Shown here piece by piece: positions 38,001 to 46,458 of a DNA stretch of 64,000 nucleotides. The DNA lies in NCBI GenBank assembly GCA_036382775.1, contig DASVHD010000035.1, positions 28,804 to 92,803 on the forward strand. Reading direction: 5' to 3'. A program made the position numbers and the translations under genes. The stretch comes from a bacterium (GTDB taxonomy: Bacteria > Hydrothermota > Tepidihabitantia > SM23-42 > JAOAFX01). The notes beneath the pieces are model-generated. The model was given only the letters and a program-made list of their open reading frames with translations, was not told where the DNA came from and made no database searches. How positions within the stretch are numbered: position 1 is the first letter of the stretch; every line of letters starts with the position of its first letter.

Positions 38001-38660
38001 TTAACGCGGTTTTCTTGCCTGCATACGGCTGATCAAGAACCTCGTGAGGGGAGCAAAGCCGGCGCCGGTCTTGGCAGAAACCTCAAAGAGCAGGCCGCGG
38101 GGATTGCATTGTTTTATTGCCTTCCGCGCCTTTGCCAGGCTGAAATCGACATGTTTCAAAAGATCGCACTTATTGATCACGATCGCGCGCGCCACATGGA
38201 ACACGAGCGGATACTTCAATGGCTTGTCATCACCCTCCGGCGTCGATAAAATGGCCATCTTGAAGTCTTCGCCGATCTCAAATTCGGCAGGGCAGACAAG
38301 GTTGCCGACGTTTTCCACGAGGATAAGATCGTAATGTTTTTTAATCCGGGCCAGCACCTGTGCGGTCATGAAGGCATCAAGATGGCATTGGGTTTCCGTG
38401 TTGATCTGGATCGTATCAATGCCCAACCGCTTGATACGGCTGCTGTCCAGCGAACCTTTTATATCCCCCTCGATGACCAGGATACGGTAATCCTTCTTCA
38501 ACCTCCGGCCGATGGCTTCTATTATCGACGTCTTACCCGCGCCCGGCGAGGCGATAATATTGACGACCAGGCTGCCGGACCGGTCAAAAAATTTCCGGTT
38601 CTCTTTTGCCCGCTCGCTATTCGAAACAAGAATTGGTTTTAAAACCGTGATCTTTTTCAT
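38001..38660 (-). CDS. hypB: Hydrogenase nickel-incorporation GTPase HypB
   Basis: It has the P-loop SPGAGKTS, ENVGNLVCPAEF and NKCDL. Confidence 0.9.
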   Translation of the reverse strand: MKKITVLKPILVSNSERAKENRKFFDRSGSLVVNIIASPGAGKTSIIEAIGRRLKKDYRILVIEGDIKGSLDSSRIKRLGIDTIQINTETQCHLDAFMTAQVLARIKKHYDLILVENVGNLVCPAEFEIGEDFKMAILSTPEGDDKPLKYPLVFHVARAIVINKCDLLKHVDFSLAKARKAIKQCNPRGLLFEVSAKTGAGFAPLTRFLISRMQARKPR

Positions 38661-38724
38661 AAAAGATCCTCCTTCTTAAATGTACGTGCGGCAATCTCCG
38701 CTTGCTTTCCCGTTGTGCGGCATT

Positions 38725-39066
38725 TCACTCGCCTTCGAGCGATTCGATATAGAACTCCCGGCCGGAAATGATCTCAAGATCGGACTTTCCGCAATCCGGG
38801 CATAGAAAGACCGGTTCTTCGATCGTGCTTTCATGCCCGCAGTCGCGGCACTTGATCCGTATCGGTATTTCACGAAAAGAAATATCGGCGGCGGCGCAAA
38901 CCGTATCCGGCTTTAGATAATCGAAATAAAAACGGATGGAATCAGGTGAAAAGTTAGTGAATTTCCCGACCATGACCTTGACGCGCGACACCCGCTTCAG
39001 TCGATGAGCTTTTGCTTCCTGGACGCACAGTTCGACGAGTGATCTGGTGACGCTGTATTCATGCAT
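38725..39066 (-). CDS. hypA: Hydrogenase nickel insertion protein HypA
   Basis: It has the MHE N-terminus and the zinc site CRDC...CPDC. The longest ORF extends 9 codons upstream. Confidence 0.88.
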   Translation of the reverse strand: MHEYSVTRSLVELCVQEAKAHRLKRVSRVKVMVGKFTNFSPDSIRFYFDYLKPDTVCAAADISFREIPIRIKCRDCGHESTIEEPVFLCPDCGKSDLEIISGREFYIESLEGE

Positions 39067-39132
39067 GGGGAATATTTTTTCCGGGATGCCCATACCCGAC
39101 GCCGGGCCGCGAAGGACCTTTCAAAATGATCT

Positions 39133-41310
39133 TTACCGCACCACGGCGAATTTGTAAACACGCCGGCCCTGACCTGATCTAACCAGAGCAAAATACAATC
39201 CGCTGCTCATGCCGGACGGCAGGTCCCATACCACTTCGCCGAACATGCTGTCGGGCACAAGATCTTCCGCGACGCGGCGGCCGGCGATCGAATAGATATT
39301 GACCAAGGCGTCCGCGGGCAAATTTCTTATCCGGACGCGGCTTTGACCGATCACCGGATTGGGATAGATCACGACGCTGTCCAGATCAGGCTGCGAATCT
39401 ACCTGTATTTCCAGTTTCAGCAGACCGGTCTCGGCGCCGATCCAGAAACAGTTGCGCGCAGGATCGTATTCAAAACCCTGGGTCTGGATCACTTCTTTGT
39501 CCGTCGTGTCAAAGTCAACGTACGCACCGATGTCATCGTAGGTAATGCCGTCGATCAGGCCGGTCAGAGGTTCATACCAGTAGATGCCGTCGCGCGCCAT
39601 GATCCATACCCTGTCTTCGGAATCGATTTCGACGTCGAACAGATCCTGCGAGGAGATCGCCGAGACAAGGCTGAACAATGAGTCATCTACGATCAAACCG
39701 ACCGGCGACGCAATATATACGTGATTATTGCCGTCAACGATAATACCCCTAAGATTTTTCGTATAACCACCAGGAGTATCATACACGATATATGAATCAT
39801 CACCGGTATTAAAAAGCGTGCCTTTTGTGTCCGTAACGACCAGGCCACCGGGCTGTTCGCTGATCGTGCGCCAGACCTTGCCGGCGCTGTCGATTGCCGT
39901 TTCGCAGAAAAAGCCTTCCTGTTTTGGCGCCAGCGCGTAAGCGTTCGACAATGCCGAATCGACGATCCAGCACCGGTCGGCTGTCTGTCCGGCCAGTGAT
40001 ATGAACAAGTTGCCATGCTCGTCTGATTCAATATCCCAGACACCGGTTGTATGGTCCATGTTCTTGTAGCCAAGCGGGATATAGGCCCATTCACCGGTTT
40101 CCGGATCCATGGCAAACGCGATCATGGTATCGCCCGTCTGAACCCACCTTTCGATCGGATTGCTGGCGAACCATACGCGGCCGTCCGGCGCCGTGACGCA
40201 TCGGTGAATGTTGTTGAAAGGAACGACCGAATCACGCACGAACCGGACCCATTCTCCATTATCTTTTAGCCAGCTGAATCCCCTTGACATCGACGAGCGG
40301 TGGCCATGGGTCACGAAAACGCCTTCGCTGTTAGCCGTGATGCAGCTAATATGGTTCGATCCCGGGCAATTGCCTTTGTGCAACACCCAGCAAGCACGGG
40401 CGCGGTCATATTGACCAATGCCTTCGCCGTAATAATCCCGGTCCCGGTTGTTCCCCAGACCGCAATACCAGGATGAATCCATGACCAGTATCGACCACAC
40501 CTTAGCCTGGTAAGGCAAGCTGTCTTTTATGATGGTAAGCACACCCTCATGATAAACCCCCACCTGTCTCGATGAATCCATGGCGAGCAGCAGGGAGTCG
40601 CCACTCACACCTATGTCCAGGACCTTATTGTTCAACAGCGTGTCAAAATGATCACCTGAGAACCGGTAGAGCCCGTTGTTTGTGCCGGCGTAAATATTCG
40701 TATCCGCGATCTGGATGGTGTTGATCCTGATCGCGTTAAGATTATACATGGACGTATCGTAGAAGTCTTTCGTGAACCTGACCAGCCCCTGGTCCGTACC
40801 TACCCATACCGAGCTGTCGTCAGTGCAGATCGATGTGACCGAGTTCGACGGCAGGCCGTGCTCTATATATATGCTCAGGCGTGAATCATCGGTGAAATCA
40901 TCCGGCGTTCCGTTCTGCACTATGCGCAGCAGTCCGTCGGTCGTCCCGACATAGACCGTGTCGCGCCGGCAATAGGCCGTGCTGATCCTGGAACAGGGGA
41001 GGCAGTCGATCGGATAATTCCTGATCGCGTCAAAGGCGGTGTCGACCTGAGCGAGACCAAGTTCGCTCCCCGACCAGATAAAACCCGTGCTGTCGAGCGC
41101 GACGCAGTTCTGGCGGTTCACGCGGAACCCGTCCAGGCTTGTCAGTACGCTGAAGCTTTCGCGGCGCGTGTTATATTTGACCAGCCCGCCGTTGGCCGCG
41201 CCGTAGATAAGCGAATCCCTGCCGGTCAGGTCATAGTAATAATCATAATTCGTGAAACTTGCGGGGCTGACCGCAATATTGATCGCCATCAGTAGTATCA
41301 GAGCGGTCAT
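39133..41310 (-). CDS. Secreted beta-propeller protein with two-component-regulator-propeller (Reg_prop-like) repeats and T9SS-type C-terminal domain
   Basis: It has repeated x-T-x-x-GL-x-[RK]-[FIL] blades (TDGLLRI, TDQGLVRF, TNNGLYRF, ETGLLKL). The C-terminal tail is VIYPNPV...GLYFALV...KFAVVR. The start was set at the ATG at 41310 (MTALILLMAI signal), which overlaps the upstream GT2 stop as ATGA. Confidence 0.65.
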   Translation of the reverse strand: MTALILLMAINIAVSPASFTNYDYYYDLTGRDSLIYGAANGGLVKYNTRRESFSVLTSLDGFRVNRQNCVALDSTGFIWSGSELGLAQVDTAFDAIRNYPIDCLPCSRISTAYCRRDTVYVGTTDGLLRIVQNGTPDDFTDDSRLSIYIEHGLPSNSVTSICTDDSSVWVGTDQGLVRFTKDFYDTSMYNLNAIRINTIQIADTNIYAGTNNGLYRFSGDHFDTLLNNKVLDIGVSGDSLLLAMDSSRQVGVYHEGVLTIIKDSLPYQAKVWSILVMDSSWYCGLGNNRDRDYYGEGIGQYDRARACWVLHKGNCPGSNHISCITANSEGVFVTHGHRSSMSRGFSWLKDNGEWVRFVRDSVVPFNNIHRCVTAPDGRVWFASNPIERWVQTGDTMIAFAMDPETGEWAYIPLGYKNMDHTTGVWDIESDEHGNLFISLAGQTADRCWIVDSALSNAYALAPKQEGFFCETAIDSAGKVWRTISEQPGGLVVTDTKGTLFNTGDDSYIVYDTPGGYTKNLRGIIVDGNNHVYIASPVGLIVDDSLFSLVSAISSQDLFDVEIDSEDRVWIMARDGIYWYEPLTGLIDGITYDDIGAYVDFDTTDKEVIQTQGFEYDPARNCFWIGAETGLLKLEIQVDSQPDLDSVVIYPNPVIGQSRVRIRNLPADALVNIYSIAGRRVAEDLVPDSMFGEVVWDLPSGMSSGLYFALVRSGQGRRVYKFAVVR

Positions 41311-42176
41311 CTCAAATAAGCCTTTGCCGATTCGGTCGAGATCACATACCCGAGCCGGACACAGAGTGCCAGCTTCATAGCCAGACGTAACAGAACACCG
41401 GGACGGTAGTGCTTGTTGAAGAAAGTGTAGAACGAACGGGAATGGTGGATCATCGGATGGATATTTTCCTTGCGCGTGTTCTCCCCGCGGAAATGGATCG
41501 CATAGGCGCGGTCCACCCACCAGGTCTCCCAACCGTGCTCGCGCAGCCGGTAACTGAGGTCCGCATCCTCCAGATACATGAAGAAACGGTCATCAAGCGC
41601 ACCGCAATCATCAAGGGCTTTCCGCCGTATCAATAATAAAGACCCTTCAAGAAAATCGACCTTTTGCGGTCGCGCGTAATCAAGGTCCGAGTACAGGTAA
41701 CGACGGGAAAAAGGATTGGCAGGGAGACACCGGTTGAACACGGAACGCCGTCCAAAAAGGACATTGAAATACCCCGGAAATCTCCGGCAGGTCAGCTGGC
41801 GGGAGCCGTCGGGTTTCAGGATCTCACCGCCCGCGATCCCGCAACGCGGGTGCTGTTCCATGAAGCGGACCAATCCATCGACCGCACCGGGCAGAACGAT
41901 CATGTCCTGGTTCACCAGGAGAATAAGATCTCCGTGCGTCCGGGCAATGACCTTGTTGACGGCAGCCGCGAACCCGATATTGGCCTTGCACATGATGTAT
42001 CCTACGGCGGGACCGGCAAGATGTTCCCTCGCCTGGGCCACGCTGGAATCGCTTGAGCCATTGTCAAATACGAAAATTTTTTTTTGCTGTTCAAAGGTTG
42101 TTTTATCCAGGGATTCAAGGCATGCGGAAAGATACCTGCCTGAATTGTAGTTGACGATGATTATGTCGAGAGCCAT
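41307..42176 (-). CDS. Family 2 glycosyltransferase
   Basis: It has the N-terminus IIIVNYNS and the motifs VFDNGSSD, NIGFAAAVN and YLEDADLSYR. The start was set at MALDIII. Confidence 0.8.
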   Translation of the reverse strand: MALDIIIVNYNSGRYLSACLESLDKTTFEQQKKIFVFDNGSSDSSVAQAREHLAGPAVGYIMCKANIGFAAAVNKVIARTHGDLILLVNQDMIVLPGAVDGLVRFMEQHPRCGIAGGEILKPDGSRQLTCRRFPGYFNVLFGRRSVFNRCLPANPFSRRYLYSDLDYARPQKVDFLEGSLLLIRRKALDDCGALDDRFFMYLEDADLSYRLREHGWETWWVDRAYAIHFRGENTRKENIHPMIHHSRSFYTFFNKHYRPGVLLRLAMKLALCVRLGYVISTESAKAYLR

Positions 42177-42889
42177 CGTTTGTTGAAAATCCGAACAAGT
42201 CTCAGCTTCCAGACCAACCAGAAAGCTTCCCAAATGATCTTTTTTGACATCTTAGAGATACCAGCCCGGCGTTCCACGAAGATGATGGGTATCTCCTTAA
42301 AGGGGAGTCCGGCACCACGCACTGCAAAAACGCTCTGGATCTGAAAGCCATAGCCGTCGACCTTGAACTTCCTCCAGTTTACGCTCTGCAGCGCTTTTCT
42401 TGAGTAGCATTTGAAACCGCTGGTCAGATCACGGATGGGTATTCCAATGACCAGCCGGGCGAAAAAGCAAGCAAAAAATGATAGCAGCAAGCGCTTCATG
42501 GGCCAGTTGACAACGCTGACACCATCAACGTACCGCGAGCCAATGACCAGGTCGAACCGATCCATCAGTTCGATGAAACGCGGCAGATCGCCGGGATCAT
42601 GGGAAAAATCGGCGTCCATTTCGAACGCAAAATCATATTTTCTTTCCAGAACATAGGCGAAACCGACGACGTAAGCCGTGCCCAGTCCCAATTTCCGGGG
42701 ACGCCGGATAAGATGGACTCTGGGATTGTGTTTACTTAGTTCCTCGACGATCAGTGCTGTTTTATCGGGTGAATTGTCATCGATGACCAGGACTTCCAGC
42801 TGGTCAGAAACCGATAAGATCCGGTTAATGATCTTCTGGATGTTCACGGCTTCATTATAACTTGGGATTATGACCAGCCCTTTAGCCAT
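42161..42889 (-). CDS. Polyprenol-phosphate mannosyl/glucosyl transferase (Dpm1/Ppm1-like GT2)
   Basis: It has [31 protein letters not shown] and DADFSHDP, which together form the Dpm1-type signature. Confidence 0.8.
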   Translation of the reverse strand: MAKGLVIIPSYNEAVNIQKIINRILSVSDQLEVLVIDDNSPDKTALIVEELSKHNPRVHLIRRPRKLGLGTAYVVGFAYVLERKYDFAFEMDADFSHDPGDLPRFIELMDRFDLVIGSRYVDGVSVVNWPMKRLLLSFFACFFARLVIGIPIRDLTSGFKCYSRKALQSVNWRKFKVDGYGFQIQSVFAVRGAGLPFKEIPIIFVERRAGISKMSKKIIWEAFWLVWKLRLVRIFNKRWLST

Positions 42890-42945
42890 AACCAAATTAT
42901 ATTTAAAATCCCCATTGTGTCAATATTTCAGGGCAAACCCAGGCA

Positions 42946-42973
42946 TTGACTTTACTCAAAAAATCGATACAAT
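42946..42973 (+). promoter_or_regulatory. Sigma70 promoter for the inositol-phosphate synthase gene
   Basis: TTGACT lies at 42946-42951, followed by a 16-nt spacer and TACAAT at 42968-42973. The SD AAGGAGG lies at 42984-42990. Confidence 0.6.
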
Positions 42974-42992
42974 TATGGATGTTAAGGAGGAC

Positions 42993-44120
42993 ATGATGGG
43001 TAAGATCAAAGTGGCAATAATTGGTGTTGGGAATTGTGCATCGAGTTTGGTTCAGGGCATTCATTATTACCGGCATGCCAAAGAGTATCAGCTTATCCCG
43101 GGCATCATGCACACCCGCCTGGGCGGCTATCATATCAATGATATCGAATTCACGTTTGGCATTGACATTGATAAGAACAAAGTCGGCAAAGATCTGACTG
43201 AGGCGATCTACACAAAACCAAACAATACGTTCAAATTTTGCACGGTACCGCGGATGAATGTGCCCGTGGTCCGGGGTATGACCCACGACGGGCTGGGCTA
43301 TTATCTTTCCCAGATCATTGAGAAAGCTCCAGGTCCGACCGCGGATATTGTCGGTCTGCTCAAACAGACCAAGACCGATGTAGTCATCAACTACCTGCCG
43401 GTCGGCAGCGAGGAAGCCACAAAATGGTACGTGGAACAGATCCTGACCGCGCGCTGCGCCCTTATCAACTGCATCCCGGTTTTCATTGCCAGCCAGAAAT
43501 ACTGGCACAAAAGGTTCGTCGAAAAAGAACTGCCGGTCCTGGGCGATGATATAAAATCACAGGTTGGCGCCACGATCCTGCACCGCGTGCTGGTCAACCT
43601 GTTCCAAGACCGCGGCGTGAAGCTGGAACGTACCAGCCAGCTTAATGTCGGCGGTAATACCGACTTCTTGAATATGCTGGAGCGCTCGCGCCTGCAATCG
43701 AAAAAAATATCAAAGACTCAGGCCGTGACATCGCAGCTTAAATACAATATCGGCGCGGATAACATCTACATCGGACCTTCAGATTATATCGCGTGGCTCA
43801 CCGACCGGAAATGGGCGCATATGAGACTGGAAGGCCGGACTTTTGGCGACGTACCATTGAACATCGAGTTGAAACTTGAAGTGTGGGACTCGCCGAACTC
43901 GGCGGGCGTAGTGATCGACGCCATACGGTGCGCCAAGCTGGCGCTTGACAACAAACTGAGCGGTTCTATTGTCGAACCTTCAAGTTATTTCTTTAAATCG
44001 CCGCCGGTTCAGTTCCCGGACAATATATGCCGCGAGAAAACCGAAGATTACATTGCTAAATACGGCACGAAGCACACACCGCTCGCCGTACGCAAGCATC
44101 CAAAAAAGAAACGCAAATAA
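42993..44120 (+). CDS. ino1: myo-Inositol-1-phosphate (inositol-3-phosphate) synthase
   Basis: It has the Rossmann N-terminus [17 protein letters not shown] and bacterial/archaeal MIPS-like blocks ([34 protein letters not shown]). The start was set after the promoter and SD; the ORF is open from 42870. Confidence 0.8.
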   Translation: MMGKIKVAIIGVGNCASSLVQGIHYYRHAKEYQLIPGIMHTRLGGYHINDIEFTFGIDIDKNKVGKDLTEAIYTKPNNTFKFCTVPRMNVPVVRGMTHDGLGYYLSQIIEKAPGPTADIVGLLKQTKTDVVINYLPVGSEEATKWYVEQILTARCALINCIPVFIASQKYWHKRFVEKELPVLGDDIKSQVGATILHRVLVNLFQDRGVKLERTSQLNVGGNTDFLNMLERSRLQSKKISKTQAVTSQLKYNIGADNIYIGPSDYIAWLTDRKWAHMRLEGRTFGDVPLNIELKLEVWDSPNSAGVVIDAIRCAKLALDNKLSGSIVEPSSYFFKSPPVQFPDNICREKTEDYIAKYGTKHTPLAVRKHPKKKRK

Positions 44121-44132
44121 CATGCTCCGGCG

Positions 44133-44771
44133 ATGGATCCCATGAAACGGGGTCTGTTGATCACGTTCGAAGGCGTCGAAGGATCAGGCAAGACAACGCA
44201 AGCGAAGAACCTGGCACAGTGGTTTGACGAAAAAGGCATCCCCTATGAATTTGTCCGGGAACCAGGAGGAACCGATATCGGTGAGGTAATCCGTTCCATA
44301 TTGCTTAACCCAGACCTTAAAGTCCATCCCAAATGCGAGGCTTTGCTGTTCCTGGCCGCCCGCAGTCAGGTCGTGCATGACCGGATCTTGCCGGCGTTGC
44401 AGCAAAAAAAGGTCGTGATCGTCGATCGGTTCTCGGATTCCACCTATGCTTACCAGGTATGCGGCCGCGGGCTTCCCGAACGGCTGATGCGCATCCTGAA
44501 CCGGTTTGCCAGCGCCGGTCTCACGCCCGACCTTACGATTCTTGTGGACATCGACACATCCCGGCGCCATGAGCGGGGAAAAGATCATGACCGCATGGAG
44601 CGCGAAGACGACAGTTATCACCAGAAAGTACGCCACGCTTACCTGCAGTTGGCGCGGCGAGCCAAGAAAAGGATCAAGGTCCTCGATGGCGAAAGGTCCA
44701 TTGAGGAATTGAAAAATGAAGTATTAAGGCATGTTCAGGACCTTCTGAACAGAAAGGGGCACCCATCATGA
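44133..44771 (+). CDS. tmk: Thymidylate kinase
   Basis: It has the P-loop FEGVEGSGKTTQ and the DRF/LID region. Confidence 0.9.
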   Translation: MDPMKRGLLITFEGVEGSGKTTQAKNLAQWFDEKGIPYEFVREPGGTDIGEVIRSILLNPDLKVHPKCEALLFLAARSQVVHDRILPALQQKKVVIVDRFSDSTYAYQVCGRGLPERLMRILNRFASAGLTPDLTILVDIDTSRRHERGKDHDRMEREDDSYHQKVRHAYLQLARRAKKRIKVLDGERSIEELKNEVLRHVQDLLNRKGHPS

Positions 44772-46291
44772 AGAAGATAATTATTCCGTTATTATTGGTA
44801 TCCCTGATATGCGGGATATTTATCGGCAGCCGACTGTGGGCCGGCACCGAAACTTATCAGTTGCTCAGGATCTTCAACCGGATCCTTAAAGATATCGAGG
44901 ACAGTTATGTCGACCCGGCAAGCTCTGATTCGCTGCTGCACGGCGCTATCAACGGCATGATAAAGTCGCTGAACGATCCGCACACCGTCTATTTGTCAAA
45001 GAGCGACTATGAAGACCTGCGCACTTCTACCGAGGGTGAATTTGGCGGGATCGGAGCCCAGATCGGCAAGCGCGATGAGAAGATCATGATCGTATCCCCG
45101 CTGGATGGAACGCCCGCTTACCGGGCGGGCTTGATCCCTGGCGATAATATCACCATGATCGACAGCGTACCGACCCAGGGCAAGAACGTCGAGGTTGTAG
45201 TGCATGAGATCCGCGGCGAACCCGGCACCAAGGTGCGGCTGACGATCCAGCGGCAGGCTATCGCCGAACCGTTCGATGTCGTGCTCACGCGCGCGGTCAT
45301 CAAGCTGGAAGCGGTACGGTATTATGGCATGCTCACCCCCGATATCGGCTATGTGTATCTCGCCACTTTCTCAAGAACCGCTGATGCCGAGCTCAAACAA
45401 GCGCTCGACTCGCTGTTTGCCAATGGCGCGAAAAAAATAGTCTTTGACTTGCGGTTGAACACGGGTGGTCTTCTCCAGGAAGGTGTCATGGTCAGCGAAC
45501 TGTTCCTTTCCCAGAACAAGGATATCGTCACCACGCGCGGCCGGCGAGAACCCCAGCGCACGTTCAAATCGTTGAAAACGTATGAATATGGCGAGTTCCC
45601 CATGATCACGCTCGTGGACGGTGGTTCCGCTTCAGCGTCCGAGATCGTTGCCGGCGCACTCCAGGACTGGGACCGGAGTTTGATCATCGGGACCAGGACT
45701 TTCGGAAAGGGATCGGTCCAGACCTTGAACCCCCTTGAGGACGGCGGTGCACTCAAGCTCACCACCGCCCGCTGGTACACGCCTTCAGGACGGTGTATTG
45801 ACAAACCGTTTGACGAAAATGACACCGGCACCACCGAAGTCATAGATACGACGGCAGTCTACACGACCGTCGGTCCCCTCAAACGCAAGGTGTACGGCAA
45901 GGGCGGCATCACCCCGGACATCACGATCGAACCTCTTCAACCGACCAAACTGGAAATCGATGTCTGGTCCAAAGGTCTGTTCTTTGATTTTGTTATCGAT
46001 TACACGGGCTCCCATAAAAATATCACCAGGGATTTCAAGGTCGATGGCCCGGTCCTTGAAGAATTCGCCGCCTTCCTCAAATCCAAAAAGGTTGATTTTA
46101 CCGACGCGCAGTTCGATTCGATACAGACGATCTTCGCCCAGCGTTTGAAACAAGAGATCTTCGCCAATCTATGGGGTCAGAAAGAACGTTACCGCATTGG
46201 CTTGCCGGACGACCCGTTTGTCCTGAAAGCCCTGGAACTTCTGAAGGAGGTGAAGAATCAAAAAGACCTTTTTCGGAGCGCAACCAACTGA
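44768..46291 (+). CDS. ctpA: Carboxy-terminal processing protease, S41 family
   Basis: It has a PDZ domain (GIGAQIG...SPLDGTPAYRAGL) and the catalytic block GGSASASEIVAGALQD...GTRTFGKGSVQ. Confidence 0.88.
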   Translation: MKKIIIPLLLVSLICGIFIGSRLWAGTETYQLLRIFNRILKDIEDSYVDPASSDSLLHGAINGMIKSLNDPHTVYLSKSDYEDLRTSTEGEFGGIGAQIGKRDEKIMIVSPLDGTPAYRAGLIPGDNITMIDSVPTQGKNVEVVVHEIRGEPGTKVRLTIQRQAIAEPFDVVLTRAVIKLEAVRYYGMLTPDIGYVYLATFSRTADAELKQALDSLFANGAKKIVFDLRLNTGGLLQEGVMVSELFLSQNKDIVTTRGRREPQRTFKSLKTYEYGEFPMITLVDGGSASASEIVAGALQDWDRSLIIGTRTFGKGSVQTLNPLEDGGALKLTTARWYTPSGRCIDKPFDENDTGTTEVIDTTAVYTTVGPLKRKVYGKGGITPDITIEPLQPTKLEIDVWSKGLFFDFVIDYTGSHKNITRDFKVDGPVLEEFAAFLKSKKVDFTDAQFDSIQTIFAQRLKQEIFANLWGQKERYRIGLPDDPFVLKALELLKEVKNQKDLFRSATN

Positions 46292-46458
46292 GGTGAATCA
46301 AAAACAACGCGCTGTGGATTTTAGAATTTTTCTATGGGTCGCGCTGGCGGCAATGCTGACCGTGCTGTTCTTGAAGTTACGGACCCGAAGGGAAAAGGAT
46401 GGGTCCCGGTGACGGCGACACAATTGCCTTCTCGTGATCTTTTACACGGACTAATGCC

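Noticed and set aside
41311-41532. N-terminal 74-codon extension of the Reg_prop/T9SS protein ORF.
   Set aside because: The extension overlaps the 3' end of the GT2 gene in another frame and lacks a signal peptide. The internal ATG at 41310 gives a canonical signal sequence and an ATGA stop-start overlap.
42870-42992. Upstream extension of the inositol-phosphate synthase ORF.
   Set aside because: The extension overlaps the divergent GT gene start and contains the predicted promoter. The SD AAGGAGG directly precedes the ATG at 42993/42996, and the Rossmann motif begins right after it.
46336-46361. ZTP (pfl) riboswitch-like 5' motif GGGTCGCGCTGGCG..GCTGACC upstream of purL.
   Set aside because: The conserved 3' sub-domain (CCGCCTGGGC-type pseudoknot partner) is absent downstream, and the 5' motif is imperfect. 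The resemblance is probably coincidental. A cmscan with RF01750 would settle it.
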